From Sphyrna mokarran (Eukaryota): a stretch of 64,000 bases of DNA. The position numbers and the translations under genes are program-made. The stretch spans positions 8,990,001-9,054,000 of the forward strand of contig JAGIQG010000020.1 of the NCBI GenBank assembly GCA_024679065.1, given 5' to 3'. Below the pieces are notes generated by a model that saw nothing but the letters and a program-made list of their open reading frames with translations, was not told where the DNA came from and did not search any database. Positions 21,800 to 35,485 of this stretch are shown here, piece after piece; within the stretch, counting starts at the first letter, position 1, and each line of letters opens with the position of its first letter.

Positions 21800-23930
21800 A
21801 GTGCCTCAGTGCAACTTGCATTGAGACTTGACAGGATGGGAAGTTGGTAGTGGCGAGGTTAGGGGAAGAGAGGAAGGAGCTGCTCCTTTCTTCTTATACC
21901 ATTTTCAGTGTCTAGTGTTTAGTTCTTACTTTGGTACAGAACAATAAGCTGATTGGAGAATAAGCAATAAATTATTCTTATTGGACATGTAACGGATAGT
22001 TGGCAACATTAAGGTATGGTGAGCAGCTTGACTGAGTGGGATGTGCATCCTATGGCATGTGGGAAGCATAGACATGCCACGTCTCTAGACATCTGCAGAA
22101 AGTGTCACTGGCTGCATCTCCAAGACAGAGAATTACATGGATAGCACTTTTAAGGAAGTGGTCACACCACAAATTAGGAGCAATTAGGCAGAGAGGCAAT
22201 AGGTAATCACCACTCAGTTTAAGAGAACAGGCAGATAGTTCAGGAGTCCTCTGGGTTGGCCTCACTCACTAAATCTCACCACAGCAGGCACTGGAATTCA
22301 ATAATATCTAGAATTAAGAACCTACTGATCACCATGAAACCATTGTCAATTGTCTGAAAAACCCAACTGGTTTACCAATATCTTTTAGAGAAAAAAATCT
22401 GCTGACCTTACCTGGTCTGGCCCACATGTGACTCCTGAGCCACAGCAATGTGGTTGATCCTCAACTGACCTGCAAGGGCAATTAGGGATGGGCAATAAAT
22501 GCTGGTCAGCCGGAGGTGCCAATAATGAATTTAAAAAAATGGTTTTCCATTTTGGATACTGGTGGGGCTGATGTTTCTTCAGCGGGGTACATCAAGAACC
22601 AAGTCTATGGCATCATAGATGACTCAGCTCCATGGCAGGGGGAAGAATAGAGTGTAATAGTAATAGGGGATTCATTAGCTAGGGAAGCAGGCAGGAATTT
22701 CTGCTACTGATGGCTGCATGCGCAGAGCATTCTTCTGGGCGAGGGTGAACAATCAGAAGTTGTATTCTACATTTGCACCAACATGGTAAGAAGTGGGAAA
22801 AGGCCCTGAAACTTACTAGTAGAGTGTAAAAAAATATATTGTAAAGCAGTAATTTCAGGATTATTCTCAATAACAAATTCTAGGGAGAACAACTATACGA
22901 GAGTTGAGTGATTGAGCACATAACTGGAGAATTATTATAAAAGGGAGGGCATCAAGAAGCACTGGGACTAGTTCTGAGGCAGCTGGGACCTATGCAATGT
23001 GGATAGATTTCACCTTAGCAAGATCAGTAACTCTGCAACAAAGATACATCATTCCAAGACACAAAAACTCATCAGGAAAAGTGAATCTGTCACTAACAAA
23101 ATGAGTTAAATATTGCATTAGATGAAAATAAGTGGATTATAAGGTGTGAAGTTACTGGCTTCAATTAAAAAAACCTTAGAAGCAAATTATTTCTTAAATG
23201 GTGAGATGTTGGAAGAGTTGACGTACAAACAGGCTGAGATGACCTTGATCAGGAGGTATTAAAAGATAGCATTTAGGCCAAAAAGCAATTAGAAATGCAT
23301 GTGGTGTATTGGCCTACATCACAAGAGGACTCAAGTACAGGAGTAAAAATGTCTTGCTGTAATTGCATAGAGCCTTGATGAGACCACACACGGAGTTTGG
23401 ACACAGTATTGGTCTCCTTATCTAAGGAAGGATATACATGCCATAGAGAGAGTGCTATGGAGGTTCATCAGATTAATCCCTGGAATGGCAGGATTGTCTT
23501 ATGAGTAACAATTGAGGAAACTGGGTTTGTATTTTCTAGAGTTTTGAAGAATGAGAGGTGAACTTATTGAAATTGATAAAATTCCTATTGGGCTTGACAG
23601 GGTAGAAGTAGCTAGAATGTTTCTGCTGGCTGGTACGTCTAGAATCAGGGGACTTCATATCAGAATAAAAGGTAGGCGATTTAAGACTGCGATGAGAAGA
23701 AATTTGTTCGCTCAGAAGTGAATCTTTGGAAATCTCTATCTTAGAAAACTGTGGAAGTGCAATCATAGAGAAGAATCAAGACAGAAATGGATGGACTTCT
23801 GCATACTAATGACACCAAGGTATATGGAGATAGTGAGGCAAAGTAGTGCTGAGGTAGATGATTAGCCATGATTTCATTGAATAACAGCACAGAGTCATGT
23901 GAGCTAAATGGTTTCTCCAGTTCCTAGGTT
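21800..23930 (+). mobile_element. Ancient, internally deleted CR1 with ORF1 (Zn-finger, esterase-like IGDS) and ORF2 remnants
   Basis: CASYGMWE..CRKC-like peptide near 22040, VIVIGDS near 22655, ORF2 3' remnants at 23190-23900. Confidence 0.6.
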
Positions 23931-24624
23931 GATCCTGATTGGCTGAGCCTTTGCCATGGTGAAAGAATGATAGGCTCTGCATGTTATTGAAAAAAATGGA
24001 CAAGACTTGATTATATACCTTTCGTTTGTAGAGAACAGGTCCCTGCATATGAATGTATATTATTTCTAGCAAGCATAAATGATTAGGAGTATTAGGAGCT
24101 TGACTGATCATCTTAAATTGGTTGGGGTGGCTCTTGGTAGCTATTGTCACACTCCAGATTGCTCAGCAAGTGCTGCCCTATCACAAATTCATATCTAACA
24201 GCAGATACTTTCTTTGGGATTTTACAAACATTATCAGTTGAGTACTATCTATAATCTTTGCCTGTTATGAACAGGCAAATTCAAATGTTGTTTGACCTGA
24301 TTAGTCAATAACTGGTATGTGCAGCTTATGCACCTCACATTTCACAGTACCTACTATCAATATAATTCATACACAACAGCCCAGACTCTGCAAACAAAAG
24401 AAACATGTTCAAGCTTGGCACCTTTATTGAATTACCCAGAGTCTTTAGTGCCCAATTGCTTTATCTGTAGCAATGCCTCAGCCAATCAAAACACTTTCCC
24501 TCCTGGAATATGAATTGTTGTGATAATTTGAAATTGAGCATTCATGCATTTGGCTCACTAAGTGGAAGATATAAGCTTCAACAATATATCTCTGTTCTAA
24601 GCAATATCTTAGAATATTGGATGG

Positions 24625-24950
24625 TAGGGTGACACAGTGGTTAACACTGCTGCCTTGCAGTGCCAGGGACCCAGGTTCAATTCCAGCTTTGGAATTGCCT
24701 GCGTGAGTGTTTTCCCTGACTCTTGTGGTTTTCCTCCAGGTGCCCCTGTTTCCTCCCACAGTCCAAAGATGTGCAAATTAGATAGATTGGCCATGATAAA
24801 TTGCCTGTTAGTGTCCCGAGATGTGTAGGTTAGGGGAATTGGCAAGGTAAATATGTGGGGTTAGGGGATAGCACCGGTGTTAGATGCTCCATCAGAGTTG
24901 GTACAAACTGAATGGACTGAATGGCCTCCTTCTGCAATATAGAGATTCTA
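24625..24950 (+). mobile_element. V-SINE (HE1-like)
   Basis: tRNA head, V core, CR1-like tail. Confidence 0.8.
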
Positions 24951-25082
24951 TGATGAGGAAGAGTGCAACATTCCCAAATTTTAATTTGGGATGAACAAAT
25001 AGCAGACAAGTCAGAAATGTTTCTCTTACCTATGTGATTGATTTCATTTGAATTTAAGGTTCTTCCTTGGGAGTGGACTATA

Positions 25083-26575
25083 TCAAAGATCAAAGAACAA
25101 AACAGCATGGGAAACAGGCCCTTCAGCCCAATGAGCCCGCGCCACCACCCCGATGTTCCCACCTCTATCCGTGATCCCTGTTCATGTTTATAGATCTATG
25201 GATCAAAAACCAAATTTGAGACAATTTAGGGAGAATTTATTTTGCCAATTAGCCTAAGACACATCTTTGGGATGTGGGAGGAAACTGGAGTGCCCGGAGA
25301 AAACCCATGCAAGCACGGGGAGAATGCACAAACTCCCACAGACACAGGCCCAAATCCATGTATCTGCACAGCACAGCGATGGTCACTGAGTTGTTGTGTT
25401 GCCCATCAAATGGTCCGGGTCAAGCGTACACTAACGATGTGAAGCACTAGGATACTCTCGAAAAAGATCCAAGAGCAGTCCTCTCACGACCCATCGCGTG
25501 TATGCCCCTCGTTAGACAACAAGATGGACCAAAGCACCTGTAGGATAAAAACAAGTACATCAATATCATCATCTATTTACACACTTCCCAGGGACTCCCA
25601 AGGCTCATGATCCCTATTTTAAATCAGTTTTCTATACCCCTCCATTCCCATTCTGTTCATGTGCCCATCTAAGTATTTCTTAAATAACTCCAGAGTGCCT
25701 GCCTCCACCACTTTACTTGGCAGCGCATTCCATACCTCCATCACCCTCTGTGTGAAAAAACTCCCTCTAGCATCCAAATTATACCTTACCCCCCTCACCC
25801 TAAGCCCGTGACCCCTCGTGCTATTCAAGTCCATTCTAGGAAAAAGCTTAACCCTGTTTACTCTATCTATACCCCTCATAATCTTGTACACCTCTATTAG
25901 ATCTCTTCTAAGTCTACGTCTTTCTAAGGAAAGCAGTCCCAATTTGCCTAACCTCTCCTCGTAACTCAGACCTTCCATACCAGGCAGCATCCTGGTAAAC
26001 CTCCTCTGCACTCTCTCCAGAGTCTCGACGTCCTTCCGGTAGTAAGGCGACCAGAACTGGACACAGTATTCCAAATGAGGTCTAACCAACATTTTATACA
26101 ACTGCAACATTAAAGGTCACCTCTTGGACTCTATACCCCTTTCTATAAAGGCTAACATACTATATGCTTTCTTCACAACCTTCTCCACTTGCTCTGCCAC
26201 CTTCAGAGACTTGTTCACCTGAACCCCCAGGTCCCTCTGCATTTCTATACTCTTAATAGGTCTACCCTTTATCATATACCTCCCCCCTACATTCTTTCTC
26301 CCGAAATGCATCACCTCACATTTACCAGGATTGAATTCCATCTGCCCAAGCTACCAGTCTATCTATGTCCTGCTGCATCACCTGACAACGCTCTTCACTA
26401 TCCGCAAGTCCAGCCATCTTTGTATCATCTGCAAACATGCTGATCACTCCACTTACTCCCTCTTCCAAATCATTTATACATATTACAAATAGAAGAGGTC
26501 CCAGTACTGAGCCCTGCGGCACACCGCTAGTGACCGACCTCCAGCTAGAAAAACACCCTTTCACTATTACTATCT
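25083..26575 (-). mobile_element. CR1 LINE (RT 3' half with frameshifts) with extended 3'UTR, copy 4
   Basis: ORFs 26322-26564, 26117-26341, 25619-26110; UTR 25618-25083. Confidence 0.92.
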
Positions 26576-27587
26576 GTCAATTTCAAATATCAATTTCAAA
26601 TGTAATATGGAATACAAATAAGTTATGATCACTTTTTCCAAACGATCTTTTACTTTAAGTTTACTAGTGAATTTTGCCTTATTGCAAAATACTAGACCTA
26701 AAATAGATTTATACCTCAGCTCTGAAGGAAACTTGAAACATTAACTCTGTTTCTTTCTCCAAAGATGCTGCCAGACCTGCTGGGTTTTTCCAGCAGTTTC
26801 TGTTTTTATTTCAGATTTCCAGCATCCAGAGTAATTTGCTTTCTATTTAGCTTTATTCCACAACATATTGCTCCAGGAAACACTCATGAAACCATTCTAC
26901 AAACTAACTCATCTTCCAAAATAACTTTACTAATTTAACATTTCCACTTGATATGAACACCAATATTCCCTTGAGATCATAGTAGCAGGAGTAGGCCATT
27001 CTGCCCCACCTTTCAATAACATTTTGGCTGATCTGATTGTGACCTTAACATCAATTTCCTGCCTGTGCTCCCTAACCTTAGATTCTGTAATAGATCAAAA
27101 TTCTAGTTCACTGCCTTGAACCTACTCAATGACCCAGCCTCCCTGGTCTCTGGGGAAGGATGTTCCAGAGATTAACATTATGCTGGGAGAAGACATTTCT
27201 CCATCTTAAATTTAATTTTAAATTATGCCTCCTAGTTTTGTGTTACCTTAAGAGGAAAAACATCCCCTCGGTATCTACCACATCAAATTGTCTCAGAATC
27301 TTTTATATTTTAGTAGGATCACCCCTCATTCTTTTAAACTTCAATGAGTACAGGCCAACTTGATTAAACTTCCCTCGTAAGAGAAGGCTTTCATTTCAGG
27401 AATTAGCCTACTGGTTAAGTATCTTTTATTTGCAAATCCGACAACTGAACTATAAAAGCCAGGCACGCTTCAGACATCATCAAGAGGCTGACGACTTTAT
27501 TACTAAAGTAATAAACTAAAACTATTAGATATTTATAAATAAATATAAAGATATTTATTGATAATGAGCAGTGAGCCCACACTGCAC

Positions 27588-27920
27588 AGTGGCACAGTGG
27601 TTAACACTGCTGCTTCACAGCTCCAGGGACGTGGGTTCGATTCCCAGCTTGGGTCACTCATTGTCTGTTGGAGTTTGCACATTCTCCTCGTGCTTGCATG
27701 GGTTTCCTCCAGGTGGTCCGGTTTCCCCACAACGTCCAAAGATGTGCGGGTTAGACCATGCTAAAAATTGCCCCTTAGAGTCATATGATGTGTAGGTTAA
27801 AGGGATTAGTGGATAAATATGTACGGATATGGAGGTAGGGCCTGGGTGGGATTGCAGTCGGTGTAAGCTTTATGGGCTGAATGGCCTCCTTCTGCATTGT
27901 ATGGTTTCTAGGACTCTATG
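27588..27920 (+). mobile_element. V-SINE (HE1-like)
   Basis: GGCACAGTGGTTAACACTGCTGC head, GGGTTCGATTCCC B box, V core. Confidence 0.85.
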
Positions 27921-29299
27921 AGATTGCAGCCTTAGGCCGCCTGGAGCAGTGATTCAGCTTTTGAATGTCCATTACATGGTTAGCTCCTAACCAAGAGAAC
28001 TTCACTTGTTCTCAGTTTCCACTGGTCCTTCAAGAACGTTGACCCACTTCTGCTGTACTGTCATAAAGGGATAGGTCACACAAACACATCAAAAAATTCC
28101 ACTTTCTTTCACATCATTGACCTTTAGTGCAAGAAACCACTGACCTGAGCCAACACCAACAAATAAACACAAACCTCACCAACTCACACCCAACTTTTAG
28201 CGCACAAAGTTTAATTGTTTGCCTGCACTGTTTCCTTTGCAAACACACTCCTACAAAGCTGAATCACAGGTGGCGCCACAGGTGAGACCCTATTACAGAT
28301 AGCCTGCATTTAGTAATCAGTGGTACATCTTATTTTTCTATCCATTTTCTTTTCAATAGATTATACTGAACCTAGGCTTCAGTCATTGTAATGCAAGTCA
28401 CTGAGGCCTATCAAAATTATGTGAAATCTGAAACAAAATTGACCCCAAGGGCTTCCAATAAAAGTTACTCCATCAGTAGTTAACCTTCTTTGAACTACTT
28501 CCAATGGAAGTATATCCCTCCTTAAGTAAGGAGTCCATGACTGTACATTGCATTCTGCTTGCAGTCTCACCACTAACACATTGTATGGCTGTTGTAAGAC
28601 TTCAATGGAACAATCAGGTGGGCAGGACAGTAACAAGTGAGCTTCAATCCAGAGACGTCCGATGCATTTGGAGAAAACAAACAAGAATAAGGTAACAAGA
28701 AGTAAAATATTGTGAGGTTCTGATGAAGAGAGGGACATTGGATTGCATGTCCACAGATTCCTGAAGAGTGGATGAGGTGGCCAGGAAGGCATGTGGAATA
28801 CTCATTTATTTTGGTGAAGAAAATAAACAATTCGTAATGACACAAGTTTCATAAGTTTGTATATTTTCCTTCGTGTAACACGAACTGAGATTTCCTGGTT
28901 CAATTTTTCAAACTGCATGCTAACAGCAAATCACAATCATTTAGCAAACATAGTTTAAGCACTAATCATCACCATTTCAGTAAGTCATACCTAGCAGTAC
29001 CCAGACAAATGTTGGCAGAATATGAGTATTCGGCTGTGATGCCAAAATGACTAAAACGAAGACAGAAACACCTTCAGTGTAAATCCTAACAATCAACACT
29101 TCAATCAGTCGTCTGTAACTCAACCATGCCATCAACTGGAAGGTCAAAGTAAGGCAAGGTGCAAGATGCAGACAGTGCAATGCAATCATCAACCAATTTT
29201 TAGCCCTTTTAACTCTTGAAATGTCATCAGTGAAGGGACTCAGAATTCCAGTGTGAAATTACACCCATTACTACCTCCATTCACCATTACAATCAAAGA

Positions 29300-29562
29300 G
29301 GATTAGCACTGTTGTCTCACAGCACTAAGAACCCAGTCTGCATATTTTCCCCATGTCTGCGTGGGTTTTCTCTGGGTGCTCTGGTTTCCTCCCACAGTCC
29401 AAAGATGTGCAGATTAGGTTAATTGGCCATGCTAAATTGACTCCTAATGTTGGGGAAATTAGGAGAATGAATATGTGGGGTTATGGGATAGGACCGATCC
29501 TGGTGGGGATTGTGCAGGCTCAACGGGCCAAATGGCCTCCTTCTGCACTGTAGGATTCTATG
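29300..29562 (+). mobile_element. V-SINE (HE1-like), internally deleted
   Basis: V core and tail. Confidence 0.75.
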
Positions 29563-29861
29563 AAACAATAATCTTAAAGCAGTGATAATGGGTGACCTCA
29601 ATTATTTTAAAAGAATCTGTGATTAGGCTACTATCAGGTGGCCCATCCAATTTTATTCTTATTTGTCTTTCTGTAGTTGTTTGATGCAACTGAGTGGCTT
29701 GCTCAGCTGATTCAGAGAAATCATTTGTAATTCTTCCGGCTTTTGGAATACCTGTAATACTGCTCATTGTAAATCTAAGGAAAGATTGCACAAACATGAT
29801 CAATTATATATCATATAGGATTATTGAATCATAAAATTTCTATAGTGCGGAAGAAAACCAT

Positions 29862-31130
29862 TTTGTGGTTTTGTGAAGGGTAGGTCGTGCCTTACTAACC
29901 TTATTGAGTTTTTTGAAAAAGTGACCAAAGAGGTGGATGGGGGTAAGGCAGTTGATGTGGTATATATGGACTTTAGTAAGGCGTTCGATAAGGTGGCCCA
30001 TGGAAGCTTCTGCAGAAAATGCAGATGTATGGGATTGAGGGTGATTTAGCTAATTGGATTAGGAATTGGCTAGCAGATAGAAGACAGAGGGTGGTGGTTG
30101 ATGGGAGATATTCATCGTGGAGTTCAGTTACAAGTGGTGTACCTCAGGGGTCTGTTTTGGGGCCCCTGCTGTTTGTAATTTTTATAAATGATCTGGATGA
30201 GGGTATTGAAGGATGGATTAGTAAATTTGCAGATGACACTAAAGTCGGTGGAGTGGTAGATAGTGAAGAGGGGTGTTATAGTTTGCAGAGAGACTTGGAC
30301 AAGTTGCAGAGCTGGGCCGAGAGGTGGCAAATGGAGTTTAATGTGGAAAAGTGTGAGGTAATGCACTTTGGCAGGAATAATAAATGTGTAGAGTATAGGG
30401 CTAATGGTAGGATTCTTAATAGTGTTGATGAACAGAGGGATCTTGGTGTATATGTGCATAGATCCCTGAAAGTAGGCAGTCAAGTCGATAAGGGTGTTAA
30501 GAAGGCATACGGAGTCTTAGCTTTTATTGGTAGGGGGATTGAATTTCGGAGCCGCAACGTCATGTTGCAACTGTACAAAACTCTAGTGCGGCCGCACTTG
30601 GAGTATTGTGTGCAGTTCTGGTCCCCACATTATAAGAAAGATGTGGAGGCATTGGAGAGGGTACAGAGGAGGTTTACCAGGATGTCGCCTGGTATGGAGG
30701 GCAGGTCTTATGAAGAGAGGCTGAGGGATTTGAGGTTGTTTTCGTTAGAAAGGAGGCGGCTAAGAGGAGACCTTATCGAAACATATAAGATGATTAGAGG
30801 TTTAGATAGGGTGGACAGTGATAGCCTTTTTCCTAGGATGGAGAAAGCTAGCACGAGGGGACACAGCTTTAAATTAAGGGGTGATAGTTATAGGACGGAT
30901 ATCAGAGGTAGGTTCTTTACCCAAAGGGTGGTTAGGGAGTGGAATGCCCTGCCTGCGGCAGTTGTAGATGCGCCAAGTTTGGTGGCGTTTAAGAGGTTAG
31001 TTAATAAGTTTATGGAAGAGAAGGGAATGGTTTAGTTTGGAGGGTCATTGCTTTTTTTTTCATAATTGGTCGGCGCAACATCGAAGGCCGAAGGGCCTGT
31101 TCTGTGCTGTAATGTTCTATGTTCTATGTT
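29862..31130 (+). mobile_element. 5'-truncated young CR1 LINE
   Basis: Uninterrupted 338-aa RT ORF 30019-31035; tail (TGTTCTA)n at about 31113-31130. Confidence 0.93.
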
Positions 31131-31274
31131 CATTCAATCAATTGAGCATGCACCAATAACAATCCCACCAATCCTCATAGCTCTACATATTTACCCTTTT
31201 AATCCCACCAACACTAAGAGGCACTCTAACATGGCCAATCAACCTAACCCACGCACCTCTTTTCTCTTTCATCC

Positions 31275-33890
31275 TCATAGAGTCATAGAGGTTTACAACA
31301 TGGAAACAGGCCCTTTGGCCCAACTTGTCCATGCCACCCTTTTTTTTTAAACCCCTAAGTTAATCCAATTGCCCGCATTTGGCCCATATCCCTCTCGACC
31401 CATCTTACTCATGTAGCTAATTAAATGGTTTTTAAAAGACAACATTGTACCCGCCTCTATTACTACCTCTGACAGTTTATTCCAGACACTTATCATCCTC
31501 TGTGTGAAAAAACTGCCCCTCTGGACACTTTTGTATCTCTCCTCTCTCAACTTAATCCTATACCCTCTAGTTTTAGGCTACCTTTGGGAAACATAATGAC
31601 TATCTAGCTGATCTGGCTATTTTATAGACCTCTATGAGATCACCCCTCAGCCTCCTACACTCCAGAGAAAAAAGTCCCATTTGTCCAGCCTCTCTTTATA
31701 ACCCAAACAATCAAGTACCGGGAGCATCCTAGTAAATTTTTTATGCACTTTTTCTAGTTTAATAATGTTCTTTCTGTAATACTGTGTCACATTTCCTGTA
31801 TTCAATGTTCTGACTGATGAAACTAAGCATGCCAAATGCCTTCCTCACCACGTTGTCTGTCTGTAACTCTACTTTCAAAGAGCTATGAACATGTACCCCT
31901 AGGTCACTTTGTTCATTAAATCTCCCTAACGCTTTACCATTAACTGAGTAAGTCCTGTCCTGGTTCAATCTACCAATATGCATCATCTCGCATTTGGCTA
32001 AATTAAACTCCATCTGCCATTCATCAGCCCACTGACCCACTTGATCAAGATCTCATTGCAATTGGAAATAACTTTCTTCACTGTCCACTATGCCACCAAT
32101 CATAGTGTCATCTGCAAACTTATTAACCATGTTTGCTATATTCTCATCCAAATCATTAATATAAATGACAAACAACAGTGGAGCCAGCACTGATCCCTGA
32201 GGCAGACCACTGGTCATCGGCCTCCAGTTTGAAAAACAACTCTCTACAACCACCCTCTGGCATCTATCAAGAAGCCAATTTTGTATCCATCTGGCTACCT
32301 CACCCTGGATTTCATGGGATTTTACCTTATAGATCAAAGAACAAAACAGCATGGGAAACTGGCCCTTCAGCCCAACGAGCCCACGTGCACCACCTTGATG
32401 TTCTCACTTCTACCCGTGATCCCCGTCTATGTTTATAGATCTATGCATTGAAACCAAATCTGAGACAATTTAGGGAGAATTTGTTCTGCCAATCAGCCTA
32501 AGGGCACATCTTTGGGATGTGGGAGGAAACCGGAGAAAACCCATGCAAGCATGGGGAGAATGTGCAAACCCCACAGACACAGTCCCAAATCCATGTATCT
32601 GCACAGCACAGCGATAGTCACTGAGCTGTCGTGTTGTCCATCAAATGGTCCAGGTCAAGCGTACACTAACAACGTGAAGCATTAGGATATTCTCGAAAAT
32701 GTGATTACAATCAGATCAACCATTATCTTATTAAATAATTCAAAGTCTGAGTGGCCTATCCTGCGTCTAGTTCTTATGTTCACCTAATCTTCTCTCATTT
32801 GTACATTATTCCTATCCTCAAACCTGCCTCCACCTCAATAACATTCAGTTCCTATCCACCTGCATTTCAGGCAGAAAAGGACTAACCTGAGGTGGTGATG
32901 GGCTTTCTTAACTATAGCATTGGCTTGGAGAAACCAAGACAGGTTGTTGGTGATCTGGGCACCAAGAAACTTGAAGCTCTCAACTCTCTCAAGAGGTTAG
33001 TGAAATCTGGCACGTCCACTACAACTTTTCCCAATTTTCACTGATGCACCATAGAAAGTATCCCTATCTGGTTGCATCACAGCTTGGTATGGCTCCTACT
33101 CTGACCAAGACTGCAAGAAACTACAAAGGGTTATGAATGTAGCCCAGTGCATCATGCGAACCAGACCCCACCCCCATCCATTGACCCCATCTACACTTCC
33201 AGCTGCCAGCATAATCAAGGATCCCATGACCCCAGAAACACACTCTTTGATAAGAAAAAAGATACAAAAATCTGAAAATATGTACCAATAGACTCAAGAA
33301 AGTCTTCCCTGCTGTATCCAACTTTTGAATTGTCCTAGCATATATTAAGCTGATCTTTTGCTTAATGCTACCTGTAACTGCAACACTATATTCTACACTC
33401 TATCGTTTTTTTTTTCCCAATGCATATCATGACTGGTACCTTTTGTCTGTATAGACATTTCACTGCCTGGTACGTATAGCAATCAAAGAAATCAAGTTCT
33501 TACCGTCCCTAGTGCCTTACGCAATAACCTACCATGTGATATCTTGTCAAAGGCCTTGCTAAAGTCAATGTAGACAACATCAACTTCACTGCCCTCATCT
33601 ACCTTCTTGGTTACCCTTTCAAAAAACTCAAAACAAATTTGTGAGACATGATTTTCCATTCACAAAGCCATGCTATCTGTCCCTAATCAGTCCTTGCAAC
33701 TCTAAATGCCTGTAGATCGTGTCTCTCAAAATATGTTCCATTCACCCACCACAAATGTAAGGCTCACTGGCCTGTAGTTCCCAGGCTTTTCCCTGCAGCC
33801 CTTTTTAAACAAAGGCACAACATTAGCCACCCTCCAATCTTCAGTCACCTCATCCACAGCTATCAATGATTCAAATATCTTGGCCTCTTT
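31275..33890 (-). mobile_element. Minus-strand CR1 (31275-32330, 33500-33890) interrupted by extended-UTR CR1 copy 5 (32331-32700) and a Rex1/Babar fragment (32870-33495)
   Basis: RT peptides in ORFs 31647-32352; shared UTR module; TIESILSGCITAWYG-like Rex peptide. Confidence 0.75.
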
Positions 33891-34329
33891 AACTTGCAGA
33901 AACTCTTTCCGTCTGCCTTAAGACCTGTGAACGCCCATTCTGGGTTACCCGAATTCCTATAGCTTCCTCCAGCACTTTTAACATCTTTTGACTCAAGCAA
34001 TTTTGCCTGACTGCTGGAAGTATTATTGTACAAGATACCGTTAATGCTTTCAATTCCCTGTTCAGTTCATGCATTCTTCTTTAGTAAGCTTCCTTTTCTA
34101 CCCTTCTCTTTTCCCAATTTTTAGAGGTCTAACCGTGTTCTCAGCAATTCTATTTATTTTTGTAACGCTGCCTTACATTTGCAACAAAGTTTTCCGAACC
34201 ACACCGTAACACTATCATCTCATATTTAAGGGAATCTCTATTTGTAAGTAGCTAGATATTTCTTTTATCTCTAAAAGGAATAAAATCTTTCAATCCTCAA
34301 GTCTTAAAGTGGCCGACAATGTGAGTGGA

Positions 34330-34672
34330 CGGAGCACTGAGCACAGGTTAAAGAGATGTGTATTGTCTCTAGACAGCACAGTGAGGTTTTGCAAACCCAG
34401 GCAAGTCATGGGGCTTACAGATAGTGTGACATGAATCCAAGACCAAAGGCTTGAATAGCAGGTTAGGTGTAAAGATTTGCTTTCTAACCAATAATCCGTA
34501 AACAGTCTGTGCTGCTTTATATGCTGTTTGAGACCAGAACACCTCATTCACCCGACAAAGAGGACACCTCAAAATCTTGAGAGTTTACTATCAAATAAAT
34601 TGGTCGGACTTAAACCTGTTGCCAGACTTCTGTGTTTACCTCAGTCCAATGTCGGCATCTCTACATCATGAC
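34330..34672 (+). mobile_element. Penelope-like element 3' end with inversion (degenerate)
   Basis: Minus strand LGFMSHYL*; plus part ends GGCATCTCTACATCATG; homologous to 12225-12600. Confidence 0.6.
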
Positions 34673-34869
34673 ATGTGGAGTACGCAGTTTGGACTAAGTG
34701 TAATGGCTTCATTGAAAAGTAATTTCTGTGTTCGAGCCACGTGATTAGTTTCTGGTGAGACAGTTGGCTGGATGACAAGAGAATCTTCCACAAGCAAATG
34801 GAGAATTGTGGAGAAGGCATGAGTCCTTTGTTTGGTAGCAATAATCCAAGAGACCAACAATCAAAGTAG

Positions 34870-35485
34870 GACAGGGCGAGAGCTTCTAGTTTTTAGGTGT
34901 CCAGATCACCAACAACCTGTCCTGATTCTCCCATGCCAAGACTATAGCTAAGAAAGTCCACCAATGCCTCTACTTTCTCAGACTAAGGAAATTTGGCATT
35001 CAGCGATAACTCTCACCAACTTTTACAGATACACCATAGAAAGCATTCTTTCTGGCTGTATCACAACTTGGTATGGCTCCTGCTCTACCCACATCCACAA
35101 CTACAAAAAGTCATGAATGAAGCCCAATCCATCAAGCAAACCAGCCTCCCATCTATTGGCTCTGTCTACACTTCCTGCTTCCTCAGCAAAGCAACTATCA
35201 TAATTAAGGGTCCCACACAACCTGAACATTTTCCTGAAGGTGAAGAGAGAAAGATACAAAAGTCTGAGGTCACATACCAACCAATTCAAGAACAGCTTCT
35301 TCCCTGCTGCTGTCAGATTTTTGAATGGACTTAATGTGTTAAGTTGATCTTTCTCTACACTCTATGACTGTAACACTACATTCTGCACTCACCATTCATA
35401 GAGAAGGGAATGAGAATGTTTTATCTGTACAGCACTCAAGAAACAATACTTTTCACTATGTTAACATATGACAATAATAAATCAT
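34870..35485 (+). mobile_element. Rex1/Babar LINE 3' fragment
   Basis: HQCLYFLR.LRKFG...TIESILSGCITTWYG...AQSIKQTSLPSI; tail ATAATAAATCA. Confidence 0.8.
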
